Assembly: GCA_965645245.1 (NCBI GenBank)
Contig: OZ287070.1
Coordinates: 1,302,001 to 1,366,000 of the forward strand
From: Massalongia carnosa
Taxonomy: Eukaryota
Direction of reading: 5' to 3'
DNA: 64,000 bases
A model generated the notes under the pieces. It had not been told where the DNA came from and searched no databases. It was given only the letters and a program-made list of their open reading frames with translations. Below, one piece after another: positions 1 to 12,834 of the stretch (its first letter is position 1; every line of letters begins with the position of its first letter). The position numbers and the translations under genes were made by a program.

Positions 1-2203
1 GACAAACTAGATATGGACTCCTTACGATGCACCTTAGTGCCCACCCGGGCAGCGGCCTGGCGTATTAAACGAACCAATATCAGATTAAGCCCATTCGCTG
101 CAGCAACCCTGGGGCATGAAGGTTTGCTAGACTTTAGTGATCTGAAGCTGTGGGCCTATCTCTCTTTCCTTGTGTTGATTAATAGTGCTCGCTGACTGCC
201 GTTAGCTATCGGCCCAGGGAATATGACTCAGAGGATGGTCCATGGGATCCTATCTCTGGTGGAGCTTCAGCCCTTCTTGGGACACTCGGCAGCCTTGCAA
301 TGGGCTTTGCTGACTTTCCAGTTGAAATACTCAAGGCTCTAAGGATCAAATCTACAGAAGACAAGAAGATAGGAGACATCACACAACAGGTCCAAACAGC
401 GAGCACAGAAGTGAGCAAAGTAGAAACCGCGAGTTCAAGTTTGCCAAATGTGTCAAATGCCGGGAAGCCAGATCACCTTAAGCGTACGGAATCTCCGTCG
501 CCTACCAAAGAAGGTATATCGACTTCGGAAAACGTTACCTTAAATAAAATCGACACCCCACAGTCACCTAAAAGTCACAGCCTGAAGGGTAATGGCCACA
601 GTAGTTCCAGCAACTCCCTACAAGGATTCTTCCATCGGAACTCTACGTCACATGCTCAAGGTCCATCAGTGCACCGGTCTCAGTCTCAGTCGAGCTCGAA
701 TACTGAGCCTGGCTCGCAGCATCTTCACAGATCTTTTACGGCTAACCAGGCTAGTCAGATATCAATAGAGGCTGCCTTAGGGGCAGGTAAGGGAATTGGT
801 CGCATTGTCGGCGCAGGTCTCAAATCACCCATGGATTTCACGCTTAGCTTGGCAAGAGGGTTCCACAACGCGCCAAAACTTTACGGTGATGAGAGTGTAC
901 GCGAAGCGGACAAGATTACCGGCATCCACAGCGGTCTGAAAGCTGCTGGCAAGGTCTGTTGCTTAACAAAGCGAAAACTAAAAAATGCCCATGGTCTGAT
1001 AGCGTATAGGAATTCGGCCTTGGTTTTTACGACGGTATCACCGGCTTGCTTACTCAACCTTTCGAAGGAGCAAAGAAAGAAGGCGTGGCTGGATTAATCA
1101 AAGGGTTTGGCAAGGGACTTGGAGGGGTGGTACTGAAACCTGGAGCAGGTGTGGACTGTTTCCTGATAAGCTCTTTTGAAGACGCTAACTGTTAAGCAAT
1201 CTGGGGTTTGCCGGGTTACACGTTCAAGGGTATCTACAAAGAAATCCAGAAACTCTACGGGTCCAGCGTTCAAAATTATATTGTTGCCTCACGGACTGCG
1301 CAAGGATACGAAGATTGGGGTAAATCTAGCCATGAGGAGCGTCTTAACGTGGTCAGCCGATGGCATGAGGTTCAGCTTCAACTAGATAAGGAGAAGCAGC
1401 AAGCACGCCATAACAGCTTTTACACCCCGCAAGGCTTCCTTAAAAGCAGGCACTTGTCTTGCGACGATAGGAAAAGGAATCACCATAGTAAGAAACTTCA
1501 GAAGAGGAACCAGAGAGCCAAAGAGCCAAGCCGAACCAACAGCGATAGCGCGGTTATAGATGCTCCACTGCATCATGCTCGAACTTATCCTGTTATTTCT
1601 ATTGGGCGTTCAGACAGCGCTGCGTTCGAGGAGGCCATCCAAACCTCTGTCGCAGCCACTTCTCGAGGAGATCTAAAGCAAGATCAGCTCATTGAGCGCG
1701 CGATACGCGCGAGTGTACTTGAGCTGCAGTCAGCGTCTCAAGAAGGGGATAATAATGAAGCGATTCAGCGAGCTATTCAAGCCAGCATTACTGAGGCAAC
1801 TCGAGCTCGTGCCGAACATGCAGAGAGTGAATCTGCGCCAACTCATAGTGATAGCGATCACCACAGCGAACAACTTCAGGCCGCAATACACCGAAGCATC
1901 AGCATGCATGATAAAGTGGGTTCCAATGAGGAACAACGCCAATCTTCTAGGGACGATTTTGACGACTCGGGCGTGGACACCGAAGATGATGAAAACATAA
2001 AGTTTGCGGTTGATCAGTCGAAACTAGCAGTTAGAGCAAAGCCTGCATCCTTGGAAGATCTTGATTTACAGAGAGCCATTCAAGAGTCCAAATTATCTCA
2101 TGAAGAACATGAACGGGGAGTTGCCAAGGCAAGAATCGATGAGGAGAAGGTTCTAGAGCACGTGAAGAGACAGAGCTGGATAGAAGGAAACGGTAGTGGA
2201 TAA
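1..2203 (+). CDS. 3' part of a glycosyltransferase family 1 (sterol glucosyltransferase-like) gene with C-terminal UIM-like repeats; 5' end lies outside the window
   Basis: Splicing introns 150-205, 954-1009 and 1149-1196 (GT...CTRAY...AG) gives continuous ...AAAWRIKRTNIRLSPFAA...YRPREYDSEDGPWDPISGGASA...SPMDFTLSLARGFHNAPKLYGDESVR...GLKAAGKEFGLGFYDGITGLLTQP...AIWGLPGY, typical of the C-terminal region of fungal GT1 sterol glucosyltransferase-like proteins. Stop at 2201-2203. The catalytic domain is not in the window. Confidence 0.7.
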
Positions 2204-3403
2204 AGCACGATGAAGCTTTCAGCGTATCATTCTGAAAGTTAATCTCTTGGAACGCCTATATATCAGAAATCTCCACAATAAAGTTCCATGTTAATATTTT
2301 GATTGACCATTATTGTTATATAACCTTTTCCCCCCTTCAGGAACTCGAACTTTGACAAGGTAGAGGAAGACATTGCCTTCCGTAGTTCATCTATTTTCCA
2401 TGACAGCTCAATCATGCATGTCCGCGTTGAGACACGTCGTGCTATAGTTGTGGTTGGTCCGATTTGATTGAAGTCTTGTTTTAGAAAAAAACCGCCTAGC
2501 CCGAGAAGTCAAAGACAACGCTTTGGGCAACCAATGCTCCCCCCCTTTTTATTTTCTTTACTAGCAACAACTCCTCACCTAAAAGCCCGTTCGAAAGAAT
2601 TTTCTATTAGTCGGAGGCAGATTTTCGTAGAACATCTTGTTCACTCTCATTTTCGTCATCACTGTCATGAACCTTTCCACCCCCCCCAAAACTTCCAACT
2701 TCAATCTTTCACGCAATAGATATCCAAAGATTCCTACACCTATCATCCGTTCATAAAAAAAGCACACTACTGCTTTTGTTTCTACTGAGTCATAATTTTA
2801 GATTATAAGGCGCTTTTATAAGAGAAATGCTAATTAAGAAAAAGTCCAAAAAGAAAAACCAACAAATGAGCGTTTTTCTTTTTTTTTAAAAAAATAAGGG
2901 ATTTTGGAAACTTTCGAAAAGGCATGTATGCGTATGTATATCTATGTTTAGGAATATGTGTTTGGGATTTGGGGAGGTGGTAATATATTGATAGATAAAT
3001 AGATAGATAGGAGTGGGTGACGATTGAAGAGGGAGGTAAAGGAGAGGGACGAGGGACGAAGAACGAGTAGTTATGTTTGGGGTTTGCATGCATGATAATA
3101 CACACACACTTTATTAGTCACGACTAGGGGGACGAGAACCCAAGCTCGTTTGACAGCTTGAGAATCATGCTTAGGATCAGCTGGAAGAAGAACAATGATA
3201 ACTCAAAATGATGAGATTGAGATGAAGTGTGTGTATGTATGTTGAGTTGCTAGCCCAAAAAAAGAAAAAAATGGGGTTTACGGAGTGATTCCCTAGCGCT
3301 AAAGCTTTTTCTATCGAATGTCTGGTTAACGTATACAGGGCATCAACTCACTAGAGAGCAAGACGCATTGGTTGCTGAAGTAGCGGTTATCTCCATACAT
3401 ATA

Positions 3404-5105
3404 TCATCGCTTACGTGGACGGCCCTTCACAACGTCATTTGCAGTTGACCGTTTCACTGTTCCTCTGTCGTCGCCGCTTTCCCCCCCCGTTGCCCCATTC
3501 ATCCATTCCCTCCCTTCGCCAGGGCTTTTGCGCCTCATCGTTCCTGGACCGACGGCAACGATTTCATCTTCGCTCTCGCTATCGCCAATATCCAACAAGA
3601 CTGGCATTTTGAACACTTCCATTTCAAACTCGCTCTTGGCCGGTTCGATGGTGAGGACATCCGCAGCCTCATCTTCTAAATCTAATCTTCGTTTATGGAT
3701 TTCTTCAATGGGGTGAATGTCAAACTCATCTTCACGTTCTATGTACTCCACGTTTTCTTCAACTTCGGCAAAATCTGGGGCAAGGGCTGACCATCGCTGT
3801 GGTGTGATGATGGACCACAAGTAGATCCGTCCAGTTTCGAGGCCACATGCCCCAACGAATGGACGGTGCGGATGCCACTGCGATAAGTTAGATTGCTCCA
3901 AAGCAGATTATTGGAGCACTTAGCCAACCTCTACAATACCAAGTTCCTCCTTTGGGCCCTCCAAGATCTTGACTAAGCTGCCGTGACTCCTCTCCCATAC
4001 ATAAATGTCATGATTCATGTACGTAGTTGCCGTAACATACTCCCCGGTCGAACTAAAGGCAACGTGATTCCATGAGAGCCGATTGACTACATCCTGAAAC
4101 TTATGCTCGACCTCAATCTTAATGTTCTCGATCCCCAAGTCGGCAGATGAAAGGTCAGGAATGGGAATGGTACGAATAACGCGGTCGCTTGAGTTGGATA
4201 CCATATCACGCCCCGAAGCAGTGAGGCGTAGGTAAATGATCACACCATTGCAAAGACGTGTTGAATGTATTGTGCGGCAGGACTGAGTTTCGATAATGTT
4301 CAGCCATCCCTTGCTGGTGCCGGCAATGATGTGGTTCCCTAAAGAAGTGAATATCGTAACACACGTTGTCTGTTTCGCATCTTGGGCAGCTTGCTTTTCG
4401 CTGAAATCCTCACGCTCCATGCGCGGTCTCCGCGGCGCCGAAGGGAGCTGGCGTTTAACTGGTATAGTTGTCGATACATCAACTAGCATCGGCTGATCCT
4501 CAAAGAGCGAAGCCACGAATAGGAGACTAAGTGTAAATGAGAACCGCTTATTGCGAATGTCTCCCAAGAAACAGAGCATACTGATTGTAAGGGTGCAGCT
4601 CGGCAATATACACCGGTGCTTCAAAACGAACAGTCCTCAATCTTGCGCCGTCCTCGAGGTCCCATAGAACGCATTTCCAGTCTTGGGAAGAGCTGAGCAG
4701 ATAGCGCCCATCGCGTGACCAGCTTGCAGGCTGTTAGCTCAGAGAAACTGTTCACTAAATCAACCCTCGCACCTTAACGATTGGATTTGGCGTGTATGAC
4801 CGCGTAATTTTTGAGCAACCCCATTAGTTTCAACATCAAAAATCACGACTATCCCATCAACCTGTATGTAAGGTTGATTTTCAGATATACCCCAAACCAG
4901 ATGATCTAGAACTTACCCTGCCTGAGGCAAGGAAGTCCCCCTTTCGATTGAATCTGATGCATGTGGAATGGCCAGACCCTCAATGACAAGGGTCAGTCAG
5001 TGATGAAGAGGGGCAATAATAAGGATGCTACCTACTGAGCTTGCCTGTGAGCGACTCCGGGTAGTCTTGCGCAAGGATAAATGGATCAATCAAGGAGAGA
5101 TTCAT
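3404..5105 (-). CDS. SWD1: COMPASS/Set1 complex WD40 subunit Swd1 (RBBP5 orthologue), 6 exons
   Basis: Starts MNLSLIDPFILAQDYPESLT. Introns 4979-5035, 4862-4916, 4723-4772, 4527-4581 and 3878-3928 restore WD repeats (RFNRKGDFLASGR, LRGHTRQIQSLSWSRDGRYLLSSS) and the diagnostic WSALAPDFAEVEENVEYIEREDEFD motif. Confidence 0.95.
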
Positions 5106-5782
5106 ACTTTAAAAAGGGTGAGTCGTATGACGAAAGAACTGCTTTGGGAGGCACAACATGCCTGGATGGATGGACAACAGTTCTCTGTACGGAGGCAAAG
5201 GTGCAGTTATCCACAGTATCACATCGTGGTATCACGAAGTAATTACGGTTGTGCACTCTGTACAGAGTAGTTACTCCGTAGGGTGGAATAGTAGGTACTG
5301 ATACACTGCACTTATACTGTGGCGGTCATCTATCGCACTAACTACTTGGGTCCTAGCCATGCAGACAAACCTAAGCCGCAACATGTGACATTTGCTATTT
5401 GCAACTCCTTTGTAAACCACATTTTTCTCTCCATCAACATAGCAACACAACTGAATCTTTTTGAGCCCACCGGCAAGACGCGAATACTCCAACAAGGTAA
5501 AGACGGCTAAATCTAAGTTCTCGGTGCTTGGATCTGGAGGTGAGAGAACAGTAAGAGGTCGCCTTCGCAGGCTGGCCGTGGCAGCCCTGCGACCACGCAT
5601 GAGGTTTCTGTATCGCCTTTATTAGGGATCGCTTTTATCTAAAGTTTGGGAAGACAGCGAAAGTCTTTGCGCGAAAGAAGTCGCGAATATTTGGCGCAGA
5701 GTTTCTCGTGCACTGTTGACAATTTTGAAAGTGTTCATAACACACCCACTAAGTCTCAAGCTTTGTTCGGTCCATCGTCGCT
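5106..5782. promoter_or_regulatory. Putative bidirectional promoter region between SWD1 and RPB1
   Basis: 677 bp between two divergent ATGs; no specific sites identified. Confidence 0.55.
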
Positions 5783-8700
5783 ATGGCGAATCTCACTTTC
5801 CAGTATTCCAGCGCGCCGCTGCGCTCTATCCAGGAGATTCAGTTTGGTCTTCTCTCGCCCGAGGAGATTAAAAATATGAGTGTGGCTCACATAGAATATC
5901 CGGAGACGATGGACGAGCAAAATCAACGACCCCGGCACATGGGCCTGGCTGATCCACGACTTGGCTCGATTGATAGAGCTATCAAGTGCGGGACTTGCGA
6001 CGAAAATATGGCAGAGTGCCCAGGACATTTCGGACATATTGAGCTAGCAGTACCTGTTTTCCATGTTGGGTTCATGACAAAGATTAAAAAGTTACTTGAG
6101 ACAGTCTGTCACAACTGTGGCAAGATTCTAGTAGATGAAGTTAGTCATCCCTATGGGATGATTGATCTTCTCCATAAAACGTACTGACAATGTTGATTCC
6201 AGAGCAATCCAGCATTTGCGGACGCTCTACGGTATCGAGATCCTAAACGGCGATTTGATGCGATATGGCGGCTTTGCAAACCGAAGATGGTTTGTGAAAC
6301 TTTGGAAGGAACAGAAGATGATAGCATGGACAAGATGAAAGAACAAAAACATGATCATGGCGGCTGTGGGAACATTCAGCCCGAGGTTCGACGAGAAGGG
6401 CTGAGGCTAAACGGCACTTGGAAAGCTCAGAAAGGGGATGAAGAGAACGAGGGTCAACAGCCGGAGAAAAAACCAATAACGCCGGGAATGGCCCTTAACA
6501 TCTTCCGGCATATCTCCACCGAAGAAATCTCAAAAATGGGTCTAAGCAACGATTACGCCCGTCCAGAGTGGATGATCATCACAGTTCTTCCTGTGCCACC
6601 TCCTCCGGTCCGGCCAAGCATATCAGTAGACGGAGGTAACGGGATGCGGGGCGAAGACGATTTAACTTACAAACTTGGTGATATCATCCGAGCAAATGGC
6701 AATGTTCGAAAATGTGAGATAGAAGGCTCACCAGCACATGTCGTGTTAGAATTTGAGCAATTACTTCAGTTTCATGTGGCAACTTATATGGACAACGATA
6801 TTGCGGGCCAACCTCAAGCTTTGCAAAAATCAGGTCGTCCAGTTAAATCGATTCGAGCTCGGCTGAAGGGAAAGGAAGGCCGTCTTCGCGGCAATCTTAT
6901 GGGAAAGAGAGTAGACTTTTCTGCACGCACAGTCATCACAGGCGACCCGAACCTATCTCTGGATGAAGTCGGCGTTCCCAGGAGCATCGCAAAAACTTTG
7001 ACATATCCTGAGACTGTAACACCTTACAATATCCAAAAACTCCATCAACTCGTTAAGAACGGGCCCAACGATCATCCTGGTGCCAAGTATGTAATTCGCG
7101 ATTCTGGGGAGAGGATTGACTTACGGCATCACAAACGAGCTGGAGAGATTTCGCTGCAGTACGGCTGGAAAGTTGAACGGCACATTGTTGACGGAGACTA
7201 CATAATCTTCAACCGACAACCATCCCTCCATAAGGAATCAATGATGGGACACCGTGTTCGAGTGATGCCGTACTCTACCTTTCGCCTCAACTTGTCCGTT
7301 ACTTCTCCTTATAACGCCGATTTCGACGGTGATGAGATGAACTTACATGTCCCCCAGAGTGAAGAGACTCGGGCAGAGATCAACCAATTGTGCATGGTCC
7401 CACTAAATATTGTTTCTCCGCAACGTAATGGGCCATTGATGGGTATTGTGCAGGATACTTTGTGTGGCATATATAAGATGTGTCGGAGAGATGTTTTCTT
7501 ATCTAAGGAACAGGTTATGAACATCCTTTTATGGGTTCCTGAATGGGATGGAGTGCTTCCTCAACCTGCCATTCTTAAGCCCCGCCCCAAATGGACCGGC
7601 AAGCAGATCATTAGCCTTGTGGTTCCGCCTGGTCTAAATCTTTCCCGTGCTAGCAAGGAAGGCTACTCGCCAATTAACGATGACGGGCTTTTAGTTACTG
7701 GTGGGGAGTTAATGTATGGTCTATTTAACAAAAAATCGGTGGGTGCTACCAGCGGCGGTGTCATCCATATAATATTCAACGAGAAAGGACCTGAAGCGGC
7801 AATGAAGTTTTTCAATGGCGCTCAGACTGTGGTCAATTACTGGCTTTTACATAATGGGTTCAGCATTGGTATTGGTGATACGATCCCTGATCGCAATACC
7901 ATTCAACAAATTGAAGATGCTGTCAACAAGCAAAAAGAGGATGTGGCGGAAATTACCCGGAGTGCTACAGAGAACGAGTTAGAGCCTCTTCCCGGTATGA
8001 ACGTTCGAGAGACATTCGAGAGCAAGGTATCTAAGGCGCTAAATAAGGCTCGAGACGATGCTGGCACCGTAACGGAGGAGAGCCTCAAAGACCTCAACAA
8101 CGCTACTCAGATGGCTCGGTCTGGATCCAAAGGCTCTACAATCAACATATCTCAGATGACTGCCGTTGTAGGTCAGCAGTCTGTCGAAGGCAAGCGTATA
8201 CCGTTCGGTTTCAAATATCGGACCCTACCGCATTTTACGAAGGACGACTACTCGCCGGAATCGAGAGGATTTGTCGAAAACTCTTACCTTCGTGGCTTAA
8301 CTCCAACCGAGTTCTTCTTCCACGCTATGGCTGGCCGCGAAGGTCTTATTGATACAGCTGTCAAGACCGCTGAGACCGGCTATATCCAACGTCGTCTAGT
8401 CAAGGCCTTGGAAGATGTAATGGCTAAATATGATGGCACAGTCCGAAACTCTCTAGGAGACATTGTGCAGTTTGTCTATGGAGAGGACGGTCTGGATGGT
8501 GTTCACATCGAATCTCAGCGGGTTGACATCATTACCTGCTCTAACGAACAGTTTGAAAAGAAATTTCGAGTAGACCTCATGGACCCTCGTCCAGAAGCTA
8601 GTATATCTCCGGATTTTTTGGAACAAGCTAATGAGATTGCTGGAGATCTCGAGATTCAAGGCTACCTCGATGAGGAGTACGAACAGCTTCAGTTAGCTCG

Positions 8701-11116
8701 AAATTTTCTAAGGAAGAATAAACGAGATGATAATGAACAGCTGCAACTTCCAATCAATGTTATTCGGATCCTTGATACAGCAAAGACTACCTTTAAGATA
8801 AAGGACGGGGCTCGAAGCAACTTACACCCAGCTGACGTAATTCCCCAGGTGCGAGAACTTCTTGACCGGCTTGTAGTCATCCGAGGTGATGATGATCTTT
8901 CTCGAGAAGGACAGCACAACGCCACCATTCTATTTAAGGCCCAACTGCGATCTCGTTTGGCATTCAAACGTTTAGTCATGGAATGCTCACTGAACAAGTT
9001 AGCGTTTCAACACGTTTTAGGAGAGATTGAAAGCCGCTTTTGCCGTGCCACAGTCAATCCCGGTGAAATGGTGGGCGTACTAGCAGCCCAATCAATTGGG
9101 GAACCAGCAACTCAAATGACCTTGAATACCTTCCACTTTGCTGGTGTCTCGTCCAAAAATGTTACTCTTGGTGTGCCACGGCTAAAGGAGATCTTAAATG
9201 TTGCGAAGAATATTAAGACCCCATCCATGACTGTCTACCAGGAAGAGGGTAATACAGGCAACAAAGAGAGCGCAAAGTTGCTGCGCAGCGCCGTCGAGCA
9301 TACTACTCTGCGTTCCGTTACAGAAACCTCCGAGGTCTATTATGACCCTGATATTCAATCAACTGTCATCGCTGCAGATTTAGACATGGTAGATTCTTAC
9401 TTCATTTTACCAGAAGCCGAGGGGGATGATCAATACCGGCAATCAAGATGGCTTCTTCGTATAATCCTCGGTCGGCGAAGCTTGCTTGATAAAGGGCTGA
9501 CTGTGCAAGATGTTGCTGCAAAGATTAAGGAAAATTATACGAAAGATCTTGCAGTAATATTTAGTGACGACAACGCCGATGAATTAGTTGTTCGGATTCG
9601 CATGATTCAGGAACATAGCAAGGGAGACGAAGATGAAGATCTTGAGGAGGATTTGATGCTGAAGAGACTGGAAAATCATATTCTTGATACATTGACCCTG
9701 AGGGGCGTGCCAGGTATCGAGCGAGCCTTTTTAAATACCAAAACGAAACTTCGTCTGAAAGAGGACGGAGCTCTGGTGATGGAGAAAAAGGATCCTCTAT
9801 GCGAAGAATGGTTCTTAGATACGAGCGGATCGGCCCTGGGCCAAGTGCTAACGATTCCCGGTGTGGACACCACCCGAACCTACTCTAATTCTTTCATTGA
9901 GGTCTTTGAGGTTTTTGGAATCGAAGCGACCAGATCCGCCCTTATGCGCGAACTGACACAGGTTTTAGCTTTTGATGGGTCCTATGTTAACCATCGCCAT
10001 TTAGCGTTACTCGTTGATGTCATGACATCTCGAGGACATCTCATGGCCATTACACGTCATGGTATCAACAGAGCCGACACTGGAGCATTGATGAGATGTT
10101 CGTTCGAGGAAACCGTTGAAATTCTTCTAGAAGCTGCTGCCTGCGGTGAGCTTGACGATTGCCGAGGCGTATCAGAGAACGTCATGCTTGGACAGCTAGC
10201 ACCTTTGGGCACTGGCGAGCTCGAGGTTTTCTTGGATCAAAAGATGCTTGATACCGTGATTTCCGACAACGCCCGGCTGGGCATCATGCCGAATATAGGT
10301 ATAAAAGGGAATCACCCTGTTGATGGGGCAGCTACTCCTTATGACAGCGGAACTCCTATGCAGGATGGGGGTTATCTTGGGACGCCTGACTATGGAGCAT
10401 CATTTTCTCCCATGGTCAACTCGGGAGCTGGGACCCCTGGCGGATTCACTCAATATCAAGGGCCTGGATTCGGTGGTGGTCTAAGTCCATACACGAACCG
10501 TAGCCCGGGTGGCGGTGGTTACTCGCCAAGCAGCCCTTTCAGCACAAGCCCGACATCGCCCGGATTTTCGCCAACGTCTCCTGGGTATTCCCCTACATCA
10601 CCCGGCATGAGTATTAGTAGCCCAGGTTTTGCCGTATCGCCTCGCTTCTCACCTGCAAGCCCGGCCTTTACGCCCACATCTCCAGGATACTCTCCAACAT
10701 CTCCAGCATATGGACAGGCTGGTATATCACCGACCTCTCCTTCGTACTCGCCTACATCTCCTAACTACTCTCCCAACTCTCCAACGTCTCCAAGCTACAG
10801 CCCTTCCTCCCCAAATTATAGCCCTACATCGCCTAGCTATAGCCCGACGTCGCCAGTTTATAGCCCTACAAGCCCTCAATTTGGCGGCAGCGTGGCTGCG
10901 AAGCAGCATTCCCCAACTTCTCCGACATCTCCGGCAAGCTACAGTCCCACATCGCCAATGTACAGCCCTACAAGTCCTGTAGGCAGTTACTCCCCTACGT
11001 CTCCAAACTTCAATGGCTCGCCGACATCCCCAGGCTCTGCACCTTACTCAGCTTCCTCACCCAAATGGTCCCCAACTTCTCCCACATATTCCCCCACATC
11101 TCCACGGGGAAATTAA
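5783..11116 (+). CDS. RPB1: DNA-directed RNA polymerase II largest subunit, 2 exons (intron 6140-6202)
   Basis: [11 protein letters not shown] zinc site, catalytic [23 protein letters not shown] trigger loop, C-terminal YSPTSP heptads. Intron GTTAGT...ACTGAC...CAG joins ...[15 protein letters not shown]... in frame. Confidence 0.99.
10520..11110 (+). repeat. RPB1 CTD heptad repeat region (degenerate YSPTSPx)
   Basis: Translated repeats YSPTSPS/N/G/A/V/Q/M with spacer interruptions. Confidence 0.95.
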
Positions 11117-11708
11117 TTTTAGTCGAAGGCATGTGGATCGGAGTCTTTGGATTCCAACTCACTTGCCATTAACTCTCAAGTGCAAAAGTGTCATTTGATC
11201 CATTTGCTCTCCTCACATGCCACGGATTCGAAAGACAATGTAGTTTTATGATTTAAAAGTCGTCCTCAGACGTCACGGAGCAACCGCCACAATTTTTGAC
11301 ACGAGGGCTTGCTGGATGAGTTTGCGATTCCCGCACACGGCGTTCTGGTCTGGGGGCGGGTTTTCCGGGAGGGGGGCTTGGCTTCTTTCCCACATCCCAA
11401 AAATTTGGGATGCAGAAAGAAAGGGGGGAGAGAGAGAAGCAAGGGGAAGGGGGGAGACTTCATTCTCATCACGCACTAAGGCTGTGTGTTTCCGGATAGT
11501 GCGGGGGGGGGCCCTTATCTTTTTCGAAATTGCAGAGTAGTATTTTGAGAAAAATTTCCGTGCTTGCGGTGTGCGTGCGGTATTCATTGATCTCTGGCAT
11601 TTTTTTTTCTTCGGTTTTTTTCATGGAAGAGGACTCCCTATTTCTTCGATTCGATTGATTAGAAAATATCAAAATACAATTTACATATATGATTTGTACA
11701 CTAGTGAT

Positions 11709-11729
11709 TACGCCGCGTAACGGGTTGGG
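11709..11729. mobile_element. Orphan terminal fragment of the hAT-like MITE family
   Basis: TACGCCGCGTAACGGGTTGGG matches the MITE TIR (TACGCCGCGCAACGGGTCGGG) with two C->T changes and is followed by a TGTCA LTR-like start. Confidence 0.6.
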
Positions 11730-12671
11730 TGTCAGGGTCTCGACTTGAGGACGAGGATCCTCGCCTCGAGTAGGGACAGACGTCTAGACCCTAACAACGC
11801 GACATCGAAGTTATACGGAAAGGACTTTCTTATGAGTAGGACATCGGATATATATTGATCATTTCGGTTCTTTTGTTACAGCGGTACTCAGTACTGCTAG
11901 CCAGCGGGCGCAATACATGAGCGCCTAAGTAGGTACGGTGACGTACCGGGCGCGGGGTACCTATATGTAGTGTAATAAGCGGTAGTGTCTCCATAGGAGA
12001 ACTACTATAGTAGCCTTTTGGCTCAATAGCTTAGGTGACTTATTACCACCGCTATTACACTTGTAGATAGCCAGTTGTCAGTTTATTCCTTCTATCCTCG
12101 GCTGCCTCAGCCTTTAGGGCTCCCACCCATTGTCTGTCGCAATTACTCACATTGGGTTTTGGCTACAAAATTGCTTTTTCGCCATCAAGATTTGGTTTTA
12201 AACTCAACCCCGACATCAAAAATCATAGGGTTCGCCACAAACGAGCTGGGTTATCAGTAGAGAAACTCGACCTATTATGCGGCGTACTAGTGATACGTAG
12301 TCATCTGTCTTAATCTATTGAATATATAACTCCTACTTGTTTAATAAACATAACATCTATTTTGGAGGGGTAGAGTAGACCTCCACCAGATGGAAAGATG
12401 ACAGGCGTGATAACTGTACGCGAGGGTCAGTGCTAGCGAACACCATTGCCGGAAATCACATGATCGCTCCCTATGCCGTCAGTTATATTCCCGCTCGCCC
12501 ACTTCTTCTGTTCAGTTTGTCTCTTCACCTCTTCCTCTAGCCAGCTAGTCAGTGCGCACGTAGCAACATGACGACGACGATGACCTGTTCATTCATTTCT
12601 TTTTCATATGATGGCCCAGTGACATTACGATTGATTTATAGACGCACACAACCCAGTTTATCCTCCTTCAC

Positions 12672-12834
12672 TGTAACGGTTCGACCATGCGGGGTGCGGA
12701 CGGCAGGACCTACAGCGAATATAGCGGGAGTCCCAGTTATAGTAGAATAGAGCTTGGTCTGTAGACTAAGTATTGTACCTTTTGGTCGGGAGGACAGGTA
12801 GCGCAATAGTAGAAATCTATTTACTATCTCGCTT
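12672..12834 (+). mobile_element. TRIM-family LTR (171-bp family), 3' end truncated by the MITE
   Basis: TGTAACGGTTCGACC...CTATCTCGCTT matches 19667-19837 but lacks the last 7 bp. Confidence 0.85.

Noticed and set aside
2468..3107. Short ORFs between the convergent genes, and antisense ORFs over RPB1/gag/pol
   Set aside because: Low-complexity or shadow frames with no motifs.
5783..6287. Separate 134-aa and 1609-aa genes
   Set aside because: They are two exons of RPB1 joined by intron 6140-6202.
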